DNA of 64,000 nt from Promethearchaeota archaeon. Lineage in GTDB: Archaea > Asgardarchaeota > Lokiarchaeia > Sigyniarchaeales > SOKP01. The stretch spans positions 1 through 64,000 of the forward strand of contig JBHLON010000002.1 of the NCBI GenBank assembly GCA_048940445.1, given 5' to 3'. A program made the position numbers and the translations under genes. This document shows positions 48,891-58,397 of the stretch, piece by piece. The notes below the pieces were generated by a model, which saw nothing but the letters and a program-made list of their open reading frames with translations, had not been told where the DNA came from and did no database searches. Each line of letters begins with the position of its first letter. Within the stretch, counting starts at the first letter, position 1.

Positions 48891-51290
48891 CTGAAAATTG
48901 GATTATTCATCTGTGATTGTGGCAAAAATATTAGCGGAGTTATTAATAATAAAGAGCTAATTGAATACTTCTCTAAATATGCTAATGTTCATATTATTGG
49001 AGATCAATATCTATGTTCTGAAACTGGATTAAATAAAATTATTGATGAAATAAAAGAGAATAATGTTGATCGTGTGGTGGTTGCAGCATGTTCTTTTAAA
49101 TTACATGGCCTATTGTTTCGTAAAACCATCGAAAAAGCTGGTATCAACCGGTTTCTCATCTCATTTGCCAATATTCGGGAACAAAATTCTTGGGTACATA
49201 GTGATGAACCAGAAAAGGCAACAAGAAAAGCTATTGATCAAATAAGTATGGCAATTGAGCAAGTGAAGCTTTTAGAACCGTTGGAGGTTCAATTTTCAGA
49301 AGTGATCCCCTCTACTTTAATTATTGGTGGAGGTATTGCTGGTATTAAAGCCGCGTTAGTTATAGCTGATGCAGGATATAAAGTCTATCTGGTTGAGAGA
49401 GACCTAACTATAGGAGGTCATATGGCTTTATTTGACAAGACTTTTCCTACGCTTGATTGTTCAATTTGTATTCTTGGACCTTTGATGAGTGAAGTCAAAG
49501 ATCACCCAAATATTACACTCTATAGCTATTCCGAAATAAAAAAAGTAGAAGGTTATATTGGAAATTTTGATGTATCAATTATAAAAAAACCTCGGTTCAT
49601 AGTTGAGGAAAATTGTGTCGGTTGTTTTGATATTTGTAGAGACGTTTGTCCAATTGATGTAAATGATACATATTTTCCCCGAAAAGCCATTGATGTTCCA
49701 TATCCTCAAGCAATTCCGCTCATTCCAAACATTTTAGAAGAATATTGTGTTGGTTGTAAGGCATGTGCTCAAGCTTGTGATCGGGAGGCTATTGATTTTG
49801 AACAAAATGAAGAGGAAATCAATTTTAAGGTAGGATCTATCATTGTAGCTACAGGTTTTAAAACATTTGATCCAAGTTTACTTGGAGAACTCAATTATGA
49901 AAAATATCCTGATATAATTACCACTTTACAGATGGAGCGTATGTTGAACAATGATGGTCCTACGCGAGGAAGAATTGTAAAACCTTCTGATGGAAAACCT
50001 CCGAAAAAAGTTTCTTTTGTACTATGCGTTGGATCAAGAAATCAAGTGATTCACCACGATTATTGCAGTCAAGTATGTTGTAATGTTGCCATAAAAGAAG
50101 CAATCTTAATAAAAAAAGAATATCCCGAAATAAAGATCACAATCTATTATAATGATATACGAGCTGTCGGAAAAAATTGTGAAGAATTTTATAATAGAGC
50201 TCGAGAAGATTTTGGGATTAGATTTATTAAAAGTAACATTTCTGCGATTTTAAAGAGTGATATATCTAAAGAGAATGAATTTATCGTACGTGGTGAAGAT
50301 GTAATTGAAGGGAAATTATTTGAGAATCAATCAGATTTAATTGTCTTGGCAGTTGGAATGGAACCAGCATTAGGTACAGACAACCTAAGTAAAATTTTGA
50401 ATATCTCTCAAGATACTTATGGATTTTTGCTAGAAAGACACTTAAAGATAAAACCTTCTGAGAGTTCTGTAAATGGGATATTTTTAGCTGGTGCAATCCA
50501 AGGTCCGAAAGACATTCCTAATAGTATAGCTCAAGCAGAAAGCGCAGCTTCAAAAGCAATTGCTTTAATTTCGAAAGGTAATGTGGAACTAGACCCTCAT
50601 ATCGTATATTTTAACGCTGAGGATTGTGACCTATGTAGATTATGTGAACAAATTTGCATTTATAATGCAATAAAAATAAAAGGGCGCAAATTAACTCTTA
50701 CACAAGCTAATTGTTCTGGATGTGGTGCGTGTGCAGCAATGTGTCACAAAGATGCACTTTATATCCCAGGTTTTAAAAAAAGTCAGATCTCCACTCAAAT
50801 AAGAACAATTCTGAGTAGAGAAAAGTCAGAATACCCTTTAATCATAGCATTTTTATGCAATTGGTGTGCTTATTTGGGAGCGGATCTAGCTGGTACAAGC
50901 AAAATCTCTTATCCATCAAATGTAAGAGTAATCCACGTTATGTGCACAGCAATGTTAGACCCAGCTTTAGTGTTTGAAAGTTTCTTTTTAGGAGCAGATG
51001 GGGTTTTAATTGCTGGTTGTCATGAACAAGATTGTCATTATGATAAAGGTTTCCTAAAAGCATCAGTACGTTATAGTAGTATCAAAGAAATGTTAGGGGA
51101 AACTGGTATTAATGAAAATCGCGTAAAGATTATTAGTATTTCTGCTGGTGAAGGTGAAAAGTTTGCAAAAAGTATTATAGATTTTAAGAGAGAATTAGAG
51201 ACTTTAGGTCCAATAAAGCCCGGAGAGTTTACTAAACCTTCTATCCAAGAAGATATTACTAAAGAAAAAGCAAAACTAGATGAATTATAA
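48891..51290 (+). CDS. hdrA: heterodisulfide reductase subunit A fused to MvhD/FlpD hydrogenase Fe-S subunit
   Basis: KIGLFICDCG N-terminus upstream of the tracked ORF, GGGIAG FAD motif, DKTFPTLDCSICIL, ferredoxin inserts, GPKDI, then FLCNWC, VMC, GCHEQDCHY (MvhD); start extended to CTG 48891. Confidence 0.92.
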   Translation: MKIGLFICDCGKNISGVINNKELIEYFSKYANVHIIGDQYLCSETGLNKIIDEIKENNVDRVVVAACSFKLHGLLFRKTIEKAGINRFLISFANIREQNSWVHSDEPEKATRKAIDQISMAIEQVKLLEPLEVQFSEVIPSTLIIGGGIAGIKAALVIADAGYKVYLVERDLTIGGHMALFDKTFPTLDCSICILGPLMSEVKDHPNITLYSYSEIKKVEGYIGNFDVSIIKKPRFIVEENCVGCFDICRDVCPIDVNDTYFPRKAIDVPYPQAIPLIPNILEEYCVGCKACAQACDREAIDFEQNEEEINFKVGSIIVATGFKTFDPSLLGELNYEKYPDIITTLQMERMLNNDGPTRGRIVKPSDGKPPKKVSFVLCVGSRNQVIHHDYCSQVCCNVAIKEAILIKKEYPEIKITIYYNDIRAVGKNCEEFYNRAREDFGIRFIKSNISAILKSDISKENEFIVRGEDVIEGKLFENQSDLIVLAVGMEPALGTDNLSKILNISQDTYGFLLERHLKIKPSESSVNGIFLAGAIQGPKDIPNSIAQAESAASKAIALISKGNVELDPHIVYFNAEDCDLCRLCEQICIYNAIKIKGRKLTLTQANCSGCGACAAMCHKDALYIPGFKKSQISTQIRTILSREKSEYPLIIAFLCNWCAYLGADLAGTSKISYPSNVRVIHVMCTAMLDPALVFESFFLGADGVLIAGCHEQDCHYDKGFLKASVRYSSIKEMLGETGINENRVKIISISAGEGEKFAKSIIDFKRELETLGPIKPGEFTKPSIQEDITKEKAKLDEL

Positions 51291-51395
51291 AATTTAAATA
51301 ACAGAATATTAATCCTTGTAAATCTTACTAATAAGTCTTCTTTATAAATCCATCAATTAAAAATAAAAGATTAGATTTTATTTAATTGTTATAAT

Positions 51396-52679
51396 ATGAG
51401 AATTCGAGCAATAACAATCGGACAAAAATTACCTTTTTTAGTCGAAGATAAGGACTTACAATCCTCTTTAGAAGGAAAACTAGAGACTTTTTATTCTCTT
51501 AATGGCGAATTAACCAGAAGGTTCAAAGATATAAATATAGATGTCCAAACTAAAAGATTATGTTCTCAACCAATTTTAACATATGAACAGCAAGTATATG
51601 AAAAAAATTTAAATGAAACTCTTGCCAGAATTCACATTCAGCTAGAAATTATAGAGCGATTAATAAAAGAGTACGAAATAGACTATTTTGCTGCTTGTAC
51701 AGTCCTTGCAGACATTCAAATTGAAAAATATGGAGTCTATGAAAAATTATTTTTAAATGAAGTTCCAGAATTCATAAAACGAAAAGAAAAATTTTTTACT
51801 TCGCTCCATGTTGCTTCTTCAGATTATGGATTGAATCTCTCTGCTCTTAGATCAGCGGCAAAGATAATAAAAAGTCTGTCGGAACCAGACCCATTTAATA
51901 ATTTAAAATTTTGTGTAAGTTCAAATATAGTTCCTGATACTCCTTTCTTTCCAGCAGCCTATCATTTAGCCGAACGTCCCTCATTTGGACTGGCTTTAGA
52001 AATGGCAGACGAGGTTATCGCAATTTTTGAAAACTCGAAAACCTTAGAAGAAGCTCAAATAAATTTAAAAGCAAAATTCAATGAGATATACAATGACTTG
52101 GTGCTAATTTGTGAACAAGTTGCCAAAAATTACAATATTGACTTTCATGGAATAGATTTTTCTCCGGCTCCTTATCCTACCATTGAAAAAAGCATCGGAA
52201 CTGCTTTTGAAAAATTAGGCTTTGAATATTTTGGAGCATATGGTTCATTAATAGGAGTTGCATTAATAAAAAATGCAATTCCACGGAAAGAAAAGGTAAT
52301 TGGATTTTCGGGATTTATGCCCTCAGTTTTAGAAGATTATGCAATTTCTAGAAGCGTATCAGAAGATAAATTAAATCTGGATACACTCTTATTATATGCT
52401 ACGATTTGTGGTACCGGTCTTGATTGTATTCCTTTACCAGGAGATATCTCCCCCAAGGAGCTTTTTTACATTCTTTTGGATATGAGTATCATTTCAATTA
52501 AATTTGATAAACCACTAACTGCAAGACTAATTCCCATACCCGGTAAAGAAACGGGAGATCCTGTAGATTTTGATTTTGAGTATTTTGCTTCTTCAAAAGT
52601 GATGGATATTAAGAGATTAGCAAATTCCAAAAAGGATGATATTTTTTCAAGAAAAGAAAAAAGTTTTCGGTTCATTTGA
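51396..52679 (+). CDS. DUF711 (UPF0210) family protein
   Basis: MRIRAIT, PFFPAAYH, GIDFSPAP, GFSGFMPSVLED, ICGTGLDCIPLPGD. Confidence 0.85.
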   Translation: MRIRAITIGQKLPFLVEDKDLQSSLEGKLETFYSLNGELTRRFKDINIDVQTKRLCSQPILTYEQQVYEKNLNETLARIHIQLEIIERLIKEYEIDYFAACTVLADIQIEKYGVYEKLFLNEVPEFIKRKEKFFTSLHVASSDYGLNLSALRSAAKIIKSLSEPDPFNNLKFCVSSNIVPDTPFFPAAYHLAERPSFGLALEMADEVIAIFENSKTLEEAQINLKAKFNEIYNDLVLICEQVAKNYNIDFHGIDFSPAPYPTIEKSIGTAFEKLGFEYFGAYGSLIGVALIKNAIPRKEKVIGFSGFMPSVLEDYAISRSVSEDKLNLDTLLLYATICGTGLDCIPLPGDISPKELFYILLDMSIISIKFDKPLTARLIPIPGKETGDPVDFDFEYFASSKVMDIKRLANSKKDDIFSRKEKSFRFI

Positions 52680-52764
52680 AAATTTATAATAATAAATTTT
52701 AAAATGAAAATATACTAGATTCCATAGGAGAAAAAATAATTATTAAAATTTATTAATGTAAAGA

Positions 52765-53220
52765 ATGACTGAAGAAGAAATAAAAAAAAAAAATTCGAAT
52801 AATCTCATTTTTTTCAATGAAGCATTAGAATATTTAGAGGATTCCGATCAGATAGAAGCTCAAAAATGCAAAATCCTTTCTCTGAAGCGCTCGAATATTT
52901 TACGGGATGAAATGCTTGAAGAATTAAACCATTTGAAAGAAGTTATCATTAATAATCCAGATTTAAAACTAGAATCTTTAAATGAACAGGAAAAAGCAGT
53001 ATTTTTTGATTTTATTGAATATTATTCCATTTGTCCGATATGCAGAAAAACGAATCACTATTCCAATTTAAAAAGAATTTATTTTAACGATACATTGGAG
53101 TCAATTAAAAAGATTCTGATACGAATCATGAATTTTGATGATTCGAAGCGAAGTATTTTCAATTTAAGTTTTGGCATTCCTTGTTGTAAATGTTATAAAA
53201 AATACTTTAATGAAACTTAA
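52765..53220 (+). CDS. hypothetical zinc-finger protein
   Basis: CPIC...GIPCCKC. Confidence 0.65.
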   Translation: MTEEEIKKKNSNNLIFFNEALEYLEDSDQIEAQKCKILSLKRSNILRDEMLEELNHLKEVIINNPDLKLESLNEQEKAVFFDFIEYYSICPICRKTNHYSNLKRIYFNDTLESIKKILIRIMNFDDSKRSIFNLSFGIPCCKCYKKYFNET

Positions 53221-53224
53221 TTAA

Positions 53225-53551
53225 TTAACGAAGATACTCAACAACTTTACCAGATTGAGTTATGCTGTATTGTATTTCTCCATCAACAAACTTCTTTTCA
53301 ATGCATAATGCTTTAAGGAGAAAATCAACATGATAATCTAAAATAGAAAATTCTGTTAATAGCTTCTTTTCAGATACTATATCAAATAAATCATTTCTTG
53401 AAATTTTTTTTGAATTATTAATAATATTAAGAAGTTCTTTCCTAATGGGATGATTTACCGCTTTTAAGTAAAGCGTATGATATTCACGACTTCCATTAAG
53501 AGTTTCGCATGCTTCTTCTACAGTCTTATAATTCTCAGACTCATCTGGCAT
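53225..53551 (-). CDS. ArsR-like winged-helix transcriptional regulator
   Basis: KAVNHPIRKELL, LDYHVDFL, YSITQSG. Confidence 0.8.
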   Translation of the reverse strand: MPDESENYKTVEEACETLNGSREYHTLYLKAVNHPIRKELLNIINNSKKISRNDLFDIVSEKKLLTEFSILDYHVDFLLKALCIEKKFVDGEIQYSITQSGKVVEYLR

Positions 53552-53648
53552 ATATGATAAAAAATATCAATTAAGAAAAACTTTTACTCATAAATCTATT
53601 AAAATTAAATTTAATGATTAAAAATAATCTAGAAGAGATGATATAAAT

Positions 53649-54710
53649 ATGGATTTAAGTGAAATCAAAAAGATACTAGGTTCAGAAGCAGAAGACTTAC
53701 TAAGTCATACATGTACAGGTATTCCAAAAAATATGATTCATATTCCTGGTCCTGATTTTATAGAGCGTATATTCGAAAAATCGGATCGAAATAATATAGT
53801 TTTGGGAAATATGGAACGTTTATTTAATCAACGTGGGAGGCTAGCAGGTACGGGTTACTTATCCATCTTACCTGTTGACCAAGGAATTGAACATAGTGGC
53901 TCAGCAAGCTTCGCAGCAAACCCATCTTATTTTGATCCTGAAAATATTATAAAGCTGGCACTTGATGGGGGGTGTAATGCAGTAGCCTCTACTCTTGGGG
54001 TTTTAGGAGTAACGAGCAGGAGATATGCAAGAAAGATTCCTTATATTGTAAAAATTAATCATAATGAACTTTTAACGAAACCAGAAATTTCTGATCAAAC
54101 TCTCTTTGCAAGTGTAGATCAGGCATGGAGTATGGGAGCTATTGCTGTAGGAGCAACCATCTACTTCGGATCTAAAGAATCTCGGAGACAGATTCAAGAA
54201 GTTAGTGATGCATTCCGTTATGCTCATGAACTTGGATTAGTTTGTATTTTATGGTGCTATTTAAGAAATAAAGAGGAATTTATAAAGGATGGGAAAGATT
54301 ATCATACAGCTAACGATTTAGAATCCCAAGCAAATCATATTGGAGTGACTATTGAAGCAGATATAGTAAAACAAAAGATATCTACAATTAGTAGAGGTTT
54401 TCTTGATTTAAGGTTCGGGAAAACTGATAATCTTGTTTATGAAAAACTTGCAAAAGATAATCCTTTAGAATGGAATCGATACCAAGTAGCAAACTGTTAT
54501 ATGGGACGTGTGGGCTTGATTAATTCCGGTGGTGAATCTGGCGGTAATGACCTTCAAGATGCTGTAAAGGCTGCTGTAATTAATAAGCGTTCAGGTGGTA
54601 CGGGACTTATTCTTGGACGAAAAGCATTTAAAAAACCAACACCAGAAGGAATTAAAATTCTGAATGCAGTACAGGATGTATATTTATGCGATGAAATTAC
54701 AATTGCCTAA
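53649..54710 (+). CDS. fbaB: class I fructose-bisphosphate aldolase (DhnA/FbaB type)
   Basis: [55 protein letters not shown]. Confidence 0.93.
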   Translation: MDLSEIKKILGSEAEDLLSHTCTGIPKNMIHIPGPDFIERIFEKSDRNNIVLGNMERLFNQRGRLAGTGYLSILPVDQGIEHSGSASFAANPSYFDPENIIKLALDGGCNAVASTLGVLGVTSRRYARKIPYIVKINHNELLTKPEISDQTLFASVDQAWSMGAIAVGATIYFGSKESRRQIQEVSDAFRYAHELGLVCILWCYLRNKEEFIKDGKDYHTANDLESQANHIGVTIEADIVKQKISTISRGFLDLRFGKTDNLVYEKLAKDNPLEWNRYQVANCYMGRVGLINSGGESGGNDLQDAVKAAVINKRSGGTGLILGRKAFKKPTPEGIKILNAVQDVYLCDEITIA

Positions 54711-54867
54711 CTAAAATTTAAACAAACATTTTTTCTCTTTTTATAATCTCAGTCGGTGAATCAAGTAATAAATATTGGACTACAATAACTTAAATAAATG
54801 TAATTTTCATATAGATCATAAGCTAAAAGAAGATAAAAGAAAATGATCAAAATAAGAGAGTTAAAAA

Positions 54868-55545
54868 ATGGGTAAAGAATATTATCGGCCTGCAGGAGAA
54901 AATCCTTATAAAGTGAGAAATACTCCTTCAAAAGTGCAAAATCAAACTCCACCAAAAGATACTCCAATAAATTTTAAGACGGAGCGTGTTTGTCCTGCAT
55001 GCGGTAAAATCATTAAAATTAGCCACAATTTTTGTAAATTTTGTGGAATTGACTTGAGCACTATTATTCCATTGGGTGATTCTGATAGAACCGTAATAGA
55101 GTTAGCTAAAACAGCCTTAACTGACCAAGATGCAGATGTAAGAAGAGATGCTGTTAATACAATCGGAGACTTAGGAGAACGTGATGTTCTTGGTATTTTA
55201 ACATATATCTTAATAAATGATATTGATGCTTTGGTAAGAAAAGAAGCAGCTAATGAATTGGGAAATAAACATAATACAATTTCGATCGATATACTCACTA
55301 AGGCCTTAAAAGATAGAAGTCCAATTGTTAGAAAACAAGCAATTGAAGCTTTAAAGAGAATTAAAAAGCTGGCACATCCAGAGCAAAAACATGATAAGAT
55401 AGTTGAACAACAAGTACCATTAGAAAGGGAGGTAGAGAGTGAACAAAAAGCTGATTCTAATCATGAAGTATCTGAAGAAGAGGACAAAATAGAAGATCCC
55501 CTAAGAGAAATAGACCCTCATGACGATGATTTCTATAACGTATAA
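54868..55545 (+). CDS. zinc-ribbon plus HEAT-repeat protein
   Basis: CPACG...FCKFCG; three DxxxxVRxxA repeats; acidic tail. Confidence 0.82.
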   Translation: MGKEYYRPAGENPYKVRNTPSKVQNQTPPKDTPINFKTERVCPACGKIIKISHNFCKFCGIDLSTIIPLGDSDRTVIELAKTALTDQDADVRRDAVNTIGDLGERDVLGILTYILINDIDALVRKEAANELGNKHNTISIDILTKALKDRSPIVRKQAIEALKRIKKLAHPEQKHDKIVEQQVPLEREVESEQKADSNHEVSEEEDKIEDPLREIDPHDDDFYNV

Positions 55546-55565
55546 GTTGATACTAATTAAATATA

Positions 55566-56501
55566 CTATTTATTTGCGCTTGGGACTTTAGGTAGTTTTC
55601 GTTTTACTGGTTTAGAGTTGCCTTCCACTTTATTTTGTTTATTAGAGATTGTTTTAATTTGTTTCAAATCTTCTGCCCTTTTTAAAACTTCTATAGCCTC
55701 TACAATCCCTTTTTTCTCATCAAAATAAATCCTAAATTTATTTTTATCTAGTATCATCACTTCCTTTGGAACCTTCTTAATCTCTTCCCAGGAAGTGTCA
55801 ACTACGTTCTTTCCAAATACTTTGACAACTTTTGAAACAGCTCCATAAAGAGAATGCCCTAAAATTAAATTCTGGCGTTCATAATTGGCAGGAACATCTA
55901 ATTCTAATATCCTCTTCTTAATTTTCTCTTTCTCCTCTTCAGATAAACTAATAACCTCTTTAGTATAGGGAGTTCTTATATGTTGAGTACCTATTCTCTT
56001 ACCAGGTTGAGCTTCTACAGCAAATGAAGAAATAATAACATCATCAGTAATATTTTCCAAACCGGGAGAATAATAAACTTCTTTCGTGTTCTGTTCTTCA
56101 ACTTTACCCAGAGTTTTAAATTGTTGTTTTTCAATATTTCGAATATAACGCATATCTGGTAATCGTTCTTTTACTTCCATTGATTCCAATTTAAACGCGT
56201 TGAGAAATTCTTGTAGTTCATCACCTTGATCAATTGACACTATCTTACATCTATGATATCGTGGATCATCCATAAGTTCTTTTTGTAATTCTTGAGCAAC
56301 TTTAGAACTAATAAATCTTTTCCTTACAGGAGATTTTGAGCCTTTCCATATATATATTCTTCTCAAATCTTCACGTATAATTATTAAAACTTGTTCGGGG
56401 TTTAAATGAGTTTGAAGTTCATCTTGTTTTATTTTTAGAATCTTGCGTTCCCCTGTATTCTCTAAATCAAATACCACGAATTCATCATATACTTCTACCA
56501 T
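55566..56501 (-). CDS. gelsolin-like domain protein (Asgard single gelsolin domain plus X domain type)
   Basis: VLII...IYIWKGSKS...RFISSKVA...IDQGDELQEF. Confidence 0.8.
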   Translation of the reverse strand: MVEVYDEFVVFDLENTGERKILKIKQDELQTHLNPEQVLIIIREDLRRIYIWKGSKSPVRKRFISSKVAQELQKELMDDPRYHRCKIVSIDQGDELQEFLNAFKLESMEVKERLPDMRYIRNIEKQQFKTLGKVEEQNTKEVYYSPGLENITDDVIISSFAVEAQPGKRIGTQHIRTPYTKEVISLSEEEKEKIKKRILELDVPANYERQNLILGHSLYGAVSKVVKVFGKNVVDTSWEEIKKVPKEVMILDKNKFRIYFDEKKGIVEAIEVLKRAEDLKQIKTISNKQNKVEGNSKPVKRKLPKVPSANK

Positions 56502-56686
56502 AAAAAATTCCCAACTTTTTACGTACTAATAATTATCGAAAATATTAAATAAGGAAATTGTTCCCTTTCTATTCTTTTCAGTCTACCAAAATATAAAATT
56601 ACTAAAATAAAAATTTATTTAATCAATTAATTTGGATTACTATTAAAATTATAACCTAAACTTTTTCTATCAAATTATTCAATTGT

Positions 56687-57487
56687 TTAGAATGTTCTAG
56701 GAAACCTTCCACCTCTTCGATAAGGGCCTCTCCAAACTGGGCCTAGTCTAAATCCTGGACTAGGTCCCATAGTGTCGTGCAACACGTTATCTATAGATAA
56801 AACAAATCCTACTAAAATACGACGATCTGTTTCGTTATCTAAGATTTTTAGAGCATAAATATCAGTGAAGTCAAAAATACCTCCTAAAAAAACATCACGC
56901 CAACGATCTGCTTTTTCGATTTCTGCAATTAAGTTTCTTGAGGTTACTTCATAAATCTTAAAAGACCAGCCCATAAAATCCCCTTCAGCTGTATACCATC
57001 TCTGTCCCGAAGGATCTTCAAGATAGAAGACATTTCGAAAGAATGTTAAAATTTTTCTTTTTATTCTCGCAATCAACTTTCCTGATGGATCTTTTAAATC
57101 TTGCGCTCCACGTGCTGAAATAATTTTACTATGGATTGTAGCAGCAACAGTTCCATCGACTTCTTGAAGTTCAACTCGCCTTCTAATACTAAAAATTACT
57201 CTATTCATTTTCCCGATTAAATTTCCTTTTTCATCCTTTATATCACCAAATCCCATATCCCACATTCGTTCTTTGATCAAGTAATAATTCCTGTTAATAT
57301 CAAATAAGCTTGTTTCCTCACGTTTTATAGATTTAGTATCCATTTCTTGGGGTTTAATCTTTATATTTGGGGAAATATCTCTTTCCGGTTGTCCTCTTAA
57401 CTCAGTTCCACATTTTTCGCAATACTTTTGATCACGTGAAGTAATTTTTTCACCACAATTCTGACAAAACAATTCTTCTCTCTCCAA
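56687..57487 (-). CDS. zinc-ribbon plus LURP-one/scramblase (Tubby C-like) protein
   Basis: FCQNCG...YCEKCG; repeated beta-hairpins (DEKGNLIGK, DPSGKLIAR), GDFMGWSF, terminal helix; Arg/Gly-rich tail. Confidence 0.8.
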   Translation of the reverse strand: MEREELFCQNCGEKITSRDQKYCEKCGTELRGQPERDISPNIKIKPQEMDTKSIKREETSLFDINRNYYLIKERMWDMGFGDIKDEKGNLIGKMNRVIFSIRRRVELQEVDGTVAATIHSKIISARGAQDLKDPSGKLIARIKRKILTFFRNVFYLEDPSGQRWYTAEGDFMGWSFKIYEVTSRNLIAEIEKADRWRDVFLGGIFDFTDIYALKILDNETDRRILVGFVLSIDNVLHDTMGPSPGFRLGPVWRGPYRRGGRFPRTF

Positions 57488-57614
57488 CTGAAAATCTTTA
57501 TTTAAGCATCAAAAAGTAAATTAATTTAATAAATTTAAGGATAAGGTGTAAAGGAAATTTTTTAATAAACTAAGCTTTTATTTATAATAAAAAGAAAAAA
57601 GTTATAATCATTTT

Positions 57615-58382
57615 ATGTCTACGATTCCGAAATCATTAAAATTAAAAGATTATATCACATTGGTTGGTACAACTTTAGGGTTGATTGCTATAATTTTTGC
57701 TGGTATAGGGAGGCGTGATGCAATTTCTTTTGGATTTTTTCTTATTACCCTTTCTTTAGGTACAGATTTGATCGATGGATATATTGCTCGGAAAACTGGG
57801 ACTGTAAATGAAATGGGGAAACAACTTGATTCGCTAAGTGATAGTTTAACTTTTGGAATTGCCCCTGCAATTCTAACTTTTCAAGGCTTTAAGAGGGGTA
57901 CTCCTTATGATATTATCTTATTGATCGCCTGTATTCTTTTTGCCATGGGTGCCATGCTAAGACTAGCTAGGTTTAATATTCAGGAAGCAAAAGGCTATTC
58001 TGGTGTCCCTAGCCCTGCAAGCGCTTTAATGATGATTGTATTCTTTTATGCTAATTATTTCTATTCATTTGCTTTAGGGGGAATAAACTATCCATTTCTA
58101 GAGATAGCCTATTATACGATCCCCTTTTTCTTAGTGTTTATCAGTTGGTTAAATATTACCACCCATATAAGTTTTGGAGAGAAAGGAAAAACCACTTATA
58201 TAGTTATTATTTTATTTGCCCCTACTTGTCCTGTTTTTGGAATTATTGGAATTCTCAACCCAAATTTCGTAATATCAATTGTAGCAGCGATCTTTTTTAC
58301 AAGCTCTTTTTTTGGATTATTAATTTATGTAATCTACCGACTTTTTCATAGATTTTATAAAACTAAAAAAAAAACCACATAA
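57615..58382 (+). CDS. pssA: CDP-alcohol phosphatidyltransferase, archaetidylserine/phosphatidylserine synthase-like
   Basis: DLIDGYIAR...GKQLDSLSD..TFGIAPA, LRLARFN, GVPSP. Confidence 0.85.
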   Translation: MSTIPKSLKLKDYITLVGTTLGLIAIIFAGIGRRDAISFGFFLITLSLGTDLIDGYIARKTGTVNEMGKQLDSLSDSLTFGIAPAILTFQGFKRGTPYDIILLIACILFAMGAMLRLARFNIQEAKGYSGVPSPASALMMIVFFYANYFYSFALGGINYPFLEIAYYTIPFFLVFISWLNITTHISFGEKGKTTYIVIILFAPTCPVFGIIGILNPNFVISIVAAIFFTSSFFGLLIYVIYRLFHRFYKTKKKTT

Positions 58383-58397
58383 TTGTTAATTAGGACT

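Noticed and set aside
48891-51290. Selenocysteine recoding in HdrA-MvhD
   Set aside because: The frame is open without TGA and the candidate positions are Cys codons
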